DNA of 64,000 nucleotides from contig JAGVQJ010000141.1 of the NCBI GenBank assembly GCA_020051775.1, positions 853-64,852 of the forward strand, given 5' to 3'. The notes under the pieces were generated by a model that had not been told where the DNA came from, ran no database searches, and saw nothing but the letters and a program-made list of their open reading frames with translations. Shown piece by piece: positions 56,520 through 64,000 of this stretch (positions are counted from its first letter, which is position 1; every line of letters starts with the position of its first letter). This DNA is from Calditrichota bacterium (GTDB lineage: Bacteria; Electryoneota; B3-LCP). The translations under genes were made by a program, and so were the position numbers.

Positions 56520-58760
56520 ATGCATCGGCATTGCCTTTTATCCTTGCTCACGGCCTTGGTGGCATGGTCCGTTGTCCACGCCGAAACCATTATCCCCGGT
56601 GGAAACGTGACCGGAACATGGACTGCGGATGGATCGCCGTTTATCATCACGGCTGATATAACGGTCCAGAACAATGATTCCCTTCTGATCGGGCCGGGAG
56701 TGCGCGTGCAGTTCGATTCCAACGTAACTCTGGGTGTCTTAGGACGACTAATTGCGGACGGATCAGTGCAACCCGGAGTGGGTGATACTATTTTCTTCAC
56801 TAGCAATGGCACCCCCAATTGGGGGGGAATTTTCACGCAAAATGCCGATGATACAATACGATTTACTTTCTGCGTATTGGAATACGGCGAAGGGTTCAGT
56901 TTCAGCAGCCACAATGATCCCTTGGTCATGCATGACTGCCGTTTATCCATGCCTTTTATTGGGGAAGGTGACTGCAGCATGTGGCTGAAGCGCTGTTTGG
57001 TCACAGGCGACCTTTATGCTCTCTCTTGGAGTGCCCATGTAAGCCCGTGCTATATCATGAACTGTACAATACTGGGAAATGTCAATTTCCCGGATTTTGC
57101 TTATAACACGCATATAGATTCAAGCTTGATCACCGGGAATTTCGGTTCAACCTACCTGGGCAATCTTTGGATCGAAGAGACGACGATTCAGGGAAATCTG
57201 CAAGCGACTCATAATGATGATATGCATCTATATGTGACGAATAGTGCTATTTATGGCGATATGCCCAGCGTTGGCAACCTCGAAATGGATCATTCCATCG
57301 TTTACGGGTCTGTGGTTGCTTATGGTATCCCCACAGACGTTACCAATCTCTATATCAGCAACAATAGCATAATTCATGGCCCCATTTGCTTAGGCACACA
57401 ATTGACGGTGAGCATCACCAATAGCGCTTTGTTGGGTCATATTAATTTGGATGATCTAAACAGGGAATGCACCTTCTGGCAAAATGTCATTTGTGATTCA
57501 GTCTGGGGTCAACCGAGTCCCGGGTTAGGTTATTTCCCCATCAATTTCACTGAGAATAAATTTTGGGGAGGCAGCATAAATTTAGCCGGCTATTTCTTCT
57601 ACGATTCACATTTTTCAGCCACTAATAATTGGATAATCAACAGCGAGGTCAATGGGATACAACTTACTGATTTAAGTGGTTTCGGTTCGGGTTCGATCGT
57701 CATTGGAAATAATACCATCAATAATTGCGCCGGGCATGGGATTTCGATTATTGACGCAAATCCATTTGCAACGGCTCAGGTTATGCTCGCCAATAATATC
57801 GTCACCTCCAACGGCGGTTACGGAATCAGTGTCTCACCAATGATTCCGACGCAGGCCACTTACAACGACATCTGGGACAACGAGTTGGGAAATTACTCCG
57901 GTGTGATTCCTGGCGAAGGAGCTCTCAGCGTAGATCCCACTTTCGTGGACACAATATGGAGCGATTGCCGCCTTGATTGGGGTTCGCCGTGTATTGACTC
58001 TGGTGATCCGGGGCATGTGCTGGATCCCGACAGTACGCAATCGGATCGGGGCGCGTTCTTTTTCGATCAGAGTCATCCTGTGCGAGTGTTGCTCACCGGG
58101 CACAGTCAGCCGATCCTGATTCTCGAAGGCGGCGGCAGTTTCGATTATACCATTCGATTGACCAACATCACTTCCAATATCCAGCAACATCAATTTTGGG
58201 TGGAAGGACTACTGCCGGACAGCGGAAATGCCAGAACGCTAATCGCACCGATCTGGTTGGCTGTGCCTCCGAATACAACTTTAAGCGCAATCCGTACCCA
58301 GAGCCTCGCAGCCGAGGGTCCGGCGGGTCTGTACCGAGCTATCGGCCGCATGTCAACTACAACGGATACTTCAGAAGACAGTTTCCCGGTGATCAAGCTG
58401 GGGTCAATCGGTGATCGGGCTCTACAGGCGGTAAATTGGTGGGATTTTGGTGACGTTTTCAACCCAGAAAATTCCCTTTCATTAGATACTCAAAATACCC
58501 CCATCATGCTATACCCGTCTCACCCCAATCCTTTCAACGCTTCTACCGTCATAAGATACCAGATACCAGGGGCCGGCCAGGTCAGTTTGAAAGTCTACGA
58601 TACTGCCGGAAGGCCGGTGGCTACGTTGGTGGAAGGCTGGCGGGACGCGGGAGTGCACGCGGTGACGTTTGAGGGATCAAAGTTGGCGTCGGGGGTGTAT
58701 TTTCTCAGGATGCAGACAAGTGATTATAAGGCCGTGCAGAAGATGATGTTGCTAAAATAG
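56520..58760 (+). CDS. Secreted beta-helix repeat protein with T9SS-type C-terminal sorting domain
   Basis: It has a signal peptide (LLTALVAWSVVHA) and many N/G/T-rich beta-helix turns (NNTINNCAGHGISII). The tail is NPFNASTVIRYQIPGAGQVSLKVYDTAGRPVATL...GVYFLRMQT...KMMLLK. Confidence 0.75.
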   Translation: MHRHCLLSLLTALVAWSVVHAETIIPGGNVTGTWTADGSPFIITADITVQNNDSLLIGPGVRVQFDSNVTLGVLGRLIADGSVQPGVGDTIFFTSNGTPNWGGIFTQNADDTIRFTFCVLEYGEGFSFSSHNDPLVMHDCRLSMPFIGEGDCSMWLKRCLVTGDLYALSWSAHVSPCYIMNCTILGNVNFPDFAYNTHIDSSLITGNFGSTYLGNLWIEETTIQGNLQATHNDDMHLYVTNSAIYGDMPSVGNLEMDHSIVYGSVVAYGIPTDVTNLYISNNSIIHGPICLGTQLTVSITNSALLGHINLDDLNRECTFWQNVICDSVWGQPSPGLGYFPINFTENKFWGGSINLAGYFFYDSHFSATNNWIINSEVNGIQLTDLSGFGSGSIVIGNNTINNCAGHGISIIDANPFATAQVMLANNIVTSNGGYGISVSPMIPTQATYNDIWDNELGNYSGVIPGEGALSVDPTFVDTIWSDCRLDWGSPCIDSGDPGHVLDPDSTQSDRGAFFFDQSHPVRVLLTGHSQPILILEGGGSFDYTIRLTNITSNIQQHQFWVEGLLPDSGNARTLIAPIWLAVPPNTTLSAIRTQSLAAEGPAGLYRAIGRMSTTTDTSEDSFPVIKLGSIGDRALQAVNWWDFGDVFNPENSLSLDTQNTPIMLYPSHPNPFNASTVIRYQIPGAGQVSLKVYDTAGRPVATLVEGWRDAGVHAVTFEGSKLASGVYFLRMQTSDYKAVQKMMLLK

Positions 58761-58796
58761 GACGGAAGTTCTCGTCTCGCAGCCCCAATAAAAAGA

Positions 58797-58855
58797 GCGA
58801 AACCAACCCTGTCCCGGAGGTCCGACCGAGAAACAGGGCTCTGGTTTCGCTTTTT
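58797..58855. terminator. Bidirectional terminator between convergent genes
   Basis: A 9-bp outer stem GCGAAACCA/TGGTTTCGC with an inner CTGT...ACAG stem is followed by TTTTTGCTT. Confidence 0.55.
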
Positions 58856-58874
58856 GCTTGGATCAATCCGACAA

Positions 58875-59369
58875 TCATCTCTTGGACGCCAAGGTAGCCA
58901 GGTAGTACACATTGGCCACGATGGCGATCTGAGATACAACTTGCACGACTGTGGAAAATATGTACCACATGGAACCTGAAACGAGGATAGTATCTTCCGG
59001 TTTCAGGTCTGGAATTAGGCTGCGTTCACCGGTCTTAAGATACTTTTTGATATTCACTTCGATAACCTCTTCCGTACCTTCACTGCCGACACGCACCACA
59101 CGCACGTTGTCAATGCGGCTCTTATCTGCCGGGCCGCCGGCTACCGAGATGAGCGTGATCAGATCGGTATCCGAAGGAACGAAATATTGCCCCGGCTTTT
59201 CCACTCGGCCCCAAATGTTGACTTTCATGATCAACTGGTTCTCGTCGCCGATATAGTACTGGGCGCCCCGTTCGATTTGCGCGGGCAGAGTCGGGGGCGT
59301 ACCCGCAGCCCATGCTGCACCGGTAGAAAGCTGCGCCAGGCACAGTAAAATTGCGATTTTCTTCGTCAT
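58875..59369 (-). CDS. Polysaccharide export (Wza-like, Poly_export/SLBB domain) periplasmic protein
   Basis: It has a signal peptide, then YYIGDENQLIMKVNIWGRVEKPGQYFVPSDTDLITLISVAGG, which matches Poly_export, and a C-terminal hydrophobic helix. Confidence 0.65.
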   Translation of the reverse strand: MTKKIAILLCLAQLSTGAAWAAGTPPTLPAQIERGAQYYIGDENQLIMKVNIWGRVEKPGQYFVPSDTDLITLISVAGGPADKSRIDNVRVVRVGSEGTEEVIEVNIKKYLKTGERSLIPDLKPEDTILVSGSMWYIFSTVVQVVSQIAIVANVYYLATLASKR

Positions 59370-59444
59370 GGTTCATCAACCTGATTTATACAGATTACAA
59401 CTGACTTCAGCTTACTGGTGTAAGCCCAGGAACTGACATCACTT

Positions 59445-60203
59445 TCAATTTACAGTAAACTCCACTGCTGCTTCGCTGCCGGAAGGGTCCGCCGACGATC
59501 CCACCACATCCACCTGATAGAGATAATTGCCCGCCGCCAAAGATATCGGACACACAACCTGCAAGGGATCGAACAGGGCATGTTGTTGCAGCCAGAAGGG
59601 GATCCATCCAGAACCGGTTAAGCTGTCCAACCGCACCACGAACATGTCCACCTGAAAAATGGACGCCAGCGAATAGCTCCAGGAGAGTAACAGCGAATCC
59701 CCTTGCGCCACCGGACTCGAAAGATTCGCCTTGGGCATGAGTTGGTAATAGGTCGGCGTAGACAGGAGGCTCTCATTGCCTGATTGATCGTAGGCGCTGA
59801 CCCAGTAGTAGTATCCGTGGGATATCCCTGTCAAGGGATCGGGAGCCAGGAGGGTGTCGGTGTCCAGGTAAAATGGTATCGCCAGGCCAGCCAAATCTTG
59901 CAAAGTTCTATCGGCAATCAACGCCGGAGGAAGGAAAGTCGAATCTTCGCGCTGGCGGTAGAGCCGATATCCGGCCAGGTCTTCATCGTTCACCGCCTGC
60001 CAGACGACACGAATAAAGTCGCCTTCCGGTACGGCGTCAATACCCTGTTCCACCAGCACGGTGTCATCGGTGCGAGGCACGAACTGCGGGGTGGTGGGAG
60101 GGGTAAGGTCTAAAGCGACCTCTTCTTTTCCACAGCCGAAAAAGAGGGTGCAAATTATCAGAATCAATCCCGCTGATGCTCGGCTTTTCATCTTAAAACT
60201 CAT
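59445..60203 (-). CDS. Lipoprotein of unknown function (possible FN3-like fold)
   Basis: It has a lipobox (LFFGCG). Sequences GYRLYRQ and YYWVSAYDQSGNES are FN3-like. Confidence 0.5.
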   Translation of the reverse strand: MSFKMKSRASAGLILIICTLFFGCGKEEVALDLTPPTTPQFVPRTDDTVLVEQGIDAVPEGDFIRVVWQAVNDEDLAGYRLYRQREDSTFLPPALIADRTLQDLAGLAIPFYLDTDTLLAPDPLTGISHGYYYWVSAYDQSGNESLLSTPTYYQLMPKANLSSPVAQGDSLLLSWSYSLASIFQVDMFVVRLDSLTGSGWIPFWLQQHALFDPLQVVCPISLAAGNYLYQVDVVGSSADPSGSEAAVEFTVN

Positions 60204-61254
60204 AATTTATAGATAAGCGGTGCACATTGCCCAATTCCATCTTCAGGAAGGCGTAATCGGTAGTCAGGTGTTTATAACGAAGCCCGGCGCCGGCCGTCCA
60301 GGCGGTGAAATCAACTTCGTGCCAGTGACCGGAAACGAAATTTCCCCAATCCAGCCGGGTGAATCCGAAGCGAAGGGAGAGCTTTTTATCCCATATATAT
60401 TCCAATCCCAACCGGCCGTCGTTGGGGTAACGGGTGTTGGACACGCGCTCGATATTGAGTTCACTCTTCCAACGAGTAATGGGTTGATGATAGCCTACTC
60501 CAACGCGCAGGTTTTGGGTGATGACATCCTTATTGCCGCTGTGCCAGTCCAACTCTGTCTTGGTGAAATCCTGATAGGTCACGCCGATGGCAACCTGACC
60601 GGCAAAAGGTTTGCCGAACATATCGAAAAGTGACCAGCGCACCTGAATACCGGCATCGGCCCCGATACCGAAGGATTCGCTGGTGTAAAGCTTCTGCCGG
60701 ATCATCTTCAGGTTAAGACCGATGGGAATTTCAATCGGCAATTCAAAGAAAGACCAACCCAAATCCAACACAACATTGTTCATGCGCGCCAGAGTGATGA
60801 ACAGAGCGTCTTCAGAATCGGTGAAGTAACCGTCGGGGATGCCGTTGATCTGGTTTTTACGATAATCGAACGAGGAGTCTGAGTAATCCGGAAAGAGCGG
60901 AATCTGATCCACCGCCAAACGCACCCAGTGAATGCCCAGCACGGATCCGGTGATGGGAATGGCAGCTCCTACCACGGAGTGTTGCGCCAGCGGGTCGCCC
61001 AGTTTGCCAAATTGGTTGGCGTACATTCCCCAAACGGTAATGGCGGGGACGCGACCCAAACCGGCGGGGTTCCAGTAAAAGGAGGCGGGATCTTCCGCGA
61101 GTGCGCACCAGGCTCCGCCCATTCCCAGGGGTCTCCCCCCTACGCCGATTTCCAAAAACTCTCCCGCATAGCGGGTCGCGCTTACCGGCAGAGATGACAG
61201 GATTATCACCAGCGCCGCCAGGGCCAAATTTGAACTTTTCGTTAATGAGGGCAC
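60193..61254 (-). CDS. Outer-membrane beta-barrel protein, PorV/PorQ (FadL-like) family candidate
   Basis: It has a signal peptide and the motif GGRPLGMGGAWCALAEDPASFYWNPAGL, typical of FadL-like/PorV barrels. It has alternating beta-strand periodicity to the C-terminal F. It lies adjacent to a PorU-like gene. Confidence 0.55.
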   Translation of the reverse strand: MPSLTKSSNLALAALVIILSSLPVSATRYAGEFLEIGVGGRPLGMGGAWCALAEDPASFYWNPAGLGRVPAITVWGMYANQFGKLGDPLAQHSVVGAAIPITGSVLGIHWVRLAVDQIPLFPDYSDSSFDYRKNQINGIPDGYFTDSEDALFITLARMNNVVLDLGWSFFELPIEIPIGLNLKMIRQKLYTSESFGIGADAGIQVRWSLFDMFGKPFAGQVAIGVTYQDFTKTELDWHSGNKDVITQNLRVGVGYHQPITRWKSELNIERVSNTRYPNDGRLGLEYIWDKKLSLRFGFTRLDWGNFVSGHWHEVDFTAWTAGAGLRYKHLTTDYAFLKMELGNVHRLSINYEF

Positions 61255-61264
61255 AGATTACATC

Positions 61265-64000
61265 CTATCGAAGTATAGCCAGCTTCATCGTGCGCTCGAT
61301 TTTTTCATCGCCGCGCCGCGCCGTAAATTTGTAAAAATATACCCCATTGGCGATCATGACGCCTTCCTCGTCGCGGCCATCCCAGTAAATTTCGCCATAG
61401 TTGATTTCTTCCGCAGACGAGCTGAACAAGGTCCGCACCAACCGTCCCGATACCGTGTATATGCGGATTTGTACCGGTTCGGTGGTCTGTTCGGTCAGGC
61501 TGTAGGCGAAATAGGTTTGATTCTTGACTGGATTGGGGTAATTGCCCAAGAATCCCAGATTGAACTGACCGGCCACCTGGAAAACGATGGAAGCCGATCC
61601 CATATTGCCGGATAGATCACGGGCATCCACACGGACGGAGTGTTGGCCGGTGGCAAATACGGGATTGATGGATAAGGTTAGGGTCTGACCGTTGCCGCCG
61701 GGATTAACGCTGATTAAACTGGAGTCCAGCGATTGGTTGTCCACCGACATCCAGTAACTCCCCGGGGTTAAGCTTACACCACCCTGATCCTGCACGATGG
61801 CTGAGATCTTAGGCTCAGTCGGAATAAAACCGCTATCCGTGTAAGTCTGACCCTCGACGGTAATTTCGATATTGGGCCCTTGATGGTCGCCATTTTGGAG
61901 TAAGCTATAGAACCCGGTTTGATGGGACTTAGTCCAGTAATTTTGTTGCGAAGAGTCCGTCAGGGTGGCCAGCTTGCGCCAGGTGTTTTGATCCGGCTCC
62001 ATCAAATGCAAGGATATATCGGGATCGAGAGGGAAGGAGGCCGCCATATACAGCGAGTCTCCGGCTACGGTGACACCGCCCAGGAAACCGATTTCCAGAC
62101 CATAGCCGCCAGAGGTGTCTTGCGCGGCAAAACTTAAGCCCTGTTGCGAAGGAATAACCAAATCATTCCTGGCGCGCAACGTGAGAACGCCGGTTGATCC
62201 GATGATCCCGCCAGGCGGGAGGTATACGCGGAAGCTGTCCGCAACGACCAGCGTATCCGCAGTTCCGGTCGCTGCCGAAACGCTGAAATGATCCACGATC
62301 AAGTTCCCTGCATACGCAATCTCGGGCGAAGCTTGATTGACCCAGGCGCTGTCGTTCTTGCGAATTTCAAATTCCGCGAATCCCGGTTGAAGGTCTGAAG
62401 GGATCCAAACTTCAGCCGTCGCGTCGGGCAGTAGATCCCTCAAGATCGTCGTGGCAAGTAGTTGCGGGTCAGGATCAAGCCGAAAGAAACTAACATCCAG
62501 GGAATCGGCAATGGCGTTGCCTTCATTGCGCAGTTCGATAATCAGGGCGGCTTGATTCGACCGCATCCCCAATTGCAGCGATCCTGAAACCCAGGCGACA
62601 TCGGCGCGACCGTCGTCAAAGACATAGGCAACGCTGAACTCGCTGGTGAACGTATCTCCGCCGGTGTCGGTCGCCTTGATCCAGAATAGGATGCGGTCGC
62701 TCACCGAGTAATGGTACAGAGCGCTGTCAATGGCGGCGGCGGTTTGATACCAGTGATCCTGCTGTGCAGGACTCATGGGCAAAGAGTCTTCTTCGACGAT
62801 GACAACACCTTCATCGGTCTCAATATGAAAATGCGCCCAGGCCGCAGCTATTCCCTCGACATCCAGAATGCGGGCCTGTACACCAAAAGGAACGTTGGCG
62901 TATAGTGGATAAGGGTAGGGAGTCAGAGAATCAACACTCGTGCTATCACCGTAGGCCGACAACAGGAAATACGCAGCGGCGCTGCGCTGGGTGCTTTCAC
63001 CGGCGGGATCCCATAGCGAGAGCCGGTATGTGCCTTCGGCGGGTTGAGTGGTATCGCCTAAGGTCGGCATCATGAAATCAACAGTAGCGCCCAGGGAAGT
63101 AGTCGTCAAGGGGATTTCATACGGCTCGGAGAATTGCAGGGCGGGATAGTCATGATCTTCATAGACGCGCAGGACGCCTTCGTAGCCGGAATAATTGCCG
63201 GGTAGGGTTACCTGGACGGAATCTCCCGATTGCACGAATTGGGGATTCGAGGCGGCGGGTTGAACTGAACTCGCGTGCGCCAAGGGCAGCGAAGGATCGC
63301 CTAACAAGTTCATCAGGTGAATGGTATCGAACGACTCAGCGCCCCAGAACCAGCTATAGTATGAATAATAGGTGATTTTAGAGGTGTTGACCAAGTCACC
63401 GAGTGTCAACTCTGGTTGGGTGTAGGTTTGGTGAACCAATTGTTCCTGCAGCAAACAACCGTTGATGAACCATCCCAAGCCCGTCGAACCAAGTACTGCA
63501 ATGGCGCCTTTTTCCGGCTCGAAGATAAAGCCTTCGCCAAGAATGGAGTTGGGTTGCGGAGTGTCAAAGGCGCCGATAAAACAGGTAAAGTTGGTGACAA
63601 AGGGATAGCGCCCCTGATTGGAAAGCTGGGGAAGATCTTCAATGCGGAATAGCGAATTATCCGACCAGACGGCGCCGGCACCGTGGCCGTTATAGTTGAC
63701 AATTAACGCACCGGCGTCGAAGAAGTCAACCAAGTCCGTAGTCCCGCCATAGAACGGATTGCTCAAGGGTTCGGTCGCCAGTCTTTCGATCATGATGTTG
63801 TCAGGAACCAGACCGATGATCTCCTGACTCTTTTCAAGAAAGGTGGTATTTTCGGCGCCGCCCGTACCGCTGACGAAGAGGTGCGTGCCGCACCACTGGC
63901 CACTCTGGGGAGTGGTTTCGTATTCTTCCAGTTTGCGGAGATAAGCGCCCAGCTCATCATTGTTACGGCAAGAAACCCTACCTACCGCCAGATCCGGGAT
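61265..64000 (-). CDS. PorU-like peptidase C25 (gingipain-fold) protein with T9SS C-terminal domain; partial, N-terminus beyond window end
   Basis: The ORF is open in-frame upstream to position 64000. A C25-like region (NYNGHGAGAVWSDN, FVTNFTCFIGAFD) is present. The C-terminal tail reads GVYFYKFTA...KLAILR. Confidence 0.65.
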   Translation of the reverse strand: MPDLAVGRVSCRNNDELGAYLRKLEEYETTPQSGQWCGTHLFVSGTGGAENTTFLEKSQEIIGLVPDNIMIERLATEPLSNPFYGGTTDLVDFFDAGALIVNYNGHGAGAVWSDNSLFRIEDLPQLSNQGRYPFVTNFTCFIGAFDTPQPNSILGEGFIFEPEKGAIAVLGSTGLGWFINGCLLQEQLVHQTYTQPELTLGDLVNTSKITYYSYYSWFWGAESFDTIHLMNLLGDPSLPLAHASSVQPAASNPQFVQSGDSVQVTLPGNYSGYEGVLRVYEDHDYPALQFSEPYEIPLTTTSLGATVDFMMPTLGDTTQPAEGTYRLSLWDPAGESTQRSAAAYFLLSAYGDSTSVDSLTPYPYPLYANVPFGVQARILDVEGIAAAWAHFHIETDEGVVIVEEDSLPMSPAQQDHWYQTAAAIDSALYHYSVSDRILFWIKATDTGGDTFTSEFSVAYVFDDGRADVAWVSGSLQLGMRSNQAALIIELRNEGNAIADSLDVSFFRLDPDPQLLATTILRDLLPDATAEVWIPSDLQPGFAEFEIRKNDSAWVNQASPEIAYAGNLIVDHFSVSAATGTADTLVVADSFRVYLPPGGIIGSTGVLTLRARNDLVIPSQQGLSFAAQDTSGGYGLEIGFLGGVTVAGDSLYMAASFPLDPDISLHLMEPDQNTWRKLATLTDSSQQNYWTKSHQTGFYSLLQNGDHQGPNIEITVEGQTYTDSGFIPTEPKISAIVQDQGGVSLTPGSYWMSVDNQSLDSSLISVNPGGNGQTLTLSINPVFATGQHSVRVDARDLSGNMGSASIVFQVAGQFNLGFLGNYPNPVKNQTYFAYSLTEQTTEPVQIRIYTVSGRLVRTLFSSSAEEINYGEIYWDGRDEEGVMIANGVYFYKFTARRGDEKIERTMKLAILR

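Noticed and set aside
1-64000. CRISPR arrays, transposases/integrases, rRNA, tmRNA, RNase P
   Set aside because: I scanned for regularly spaced direct repeats and for recombinase/transposase motifs (DDE, tyrosine/serine recombinase) and found none. No rRNA-like segments are present.

Overview
This is a 64-kb chromosomal segment of about 55% GC. It probably comes from a T9SS-bearing anaerobe of the FCB superphylum; the basis is six cargo proteins with TIGR04183-like C-terminal sorting domains, an adjacent porU/porV-like pair, and a four-subunit 2-oxoacid:ferredoxin oxidoreductase.

Gene content, in order:
- 1-9.9 kb: a same-strand array of nine two-component genes, with five histidine kinases and three paralogous Rcp1-like single-domain response regulators.
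- typA.
- 11.9-14.5 kb and 29.4-31.9 kb: two diverged paralogous beta-helix cargo genes in inverted orientation, bracketing about 15.5 kb.
- Inside that bracket: a molybdenum-cofactor operon (moeA-moaA-moaC-MOSC::mogA, divergent mobA); tRNA-Ala(CGC); a large-type SRP RNA missed by the ORF track; dnaX-ybaB-recR; an AT-rich DUF433-fusion gene; porGDAB; pgsA-pgpA.
- 32-41 kb: S8 protease and other T9SS cargo, a STAS protein, a DUF4139 protein, recG.
- 41-43 kb: a 1.94-kb AT-rich cassette bounded by perfect 28-bp inverted repeats, inserted exactly between recG and parAB.
- 43-64 kb: parAB, a SAM methyltransferase, a C69 peptidase, an FKBP, a class II aldolase, an orphan Zn-ribbon DUF1156/COG1743 adenine methyltransferase, tsaD, a BatA-like membrane protein, hemL, more T9SS cargo and an export/PorV/PorU-like cluster.

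No CRISPR array, transposase or rRNA was found. A family of REP-like palindromes (core GGATTCCSGG...CCSGGAATGACA) recurs after stop codons, clustering around the DUF433-fusion gene and inside the IR-bounded cassette.

The most novel-looking loci are:
- the IR-bounded cassette, with a coiled-coil/2TM (SLATT-like) protein and a small 2TM protein;
- the DUF433-fusion gene;
- the solitary DUF1156 methyltransferase.
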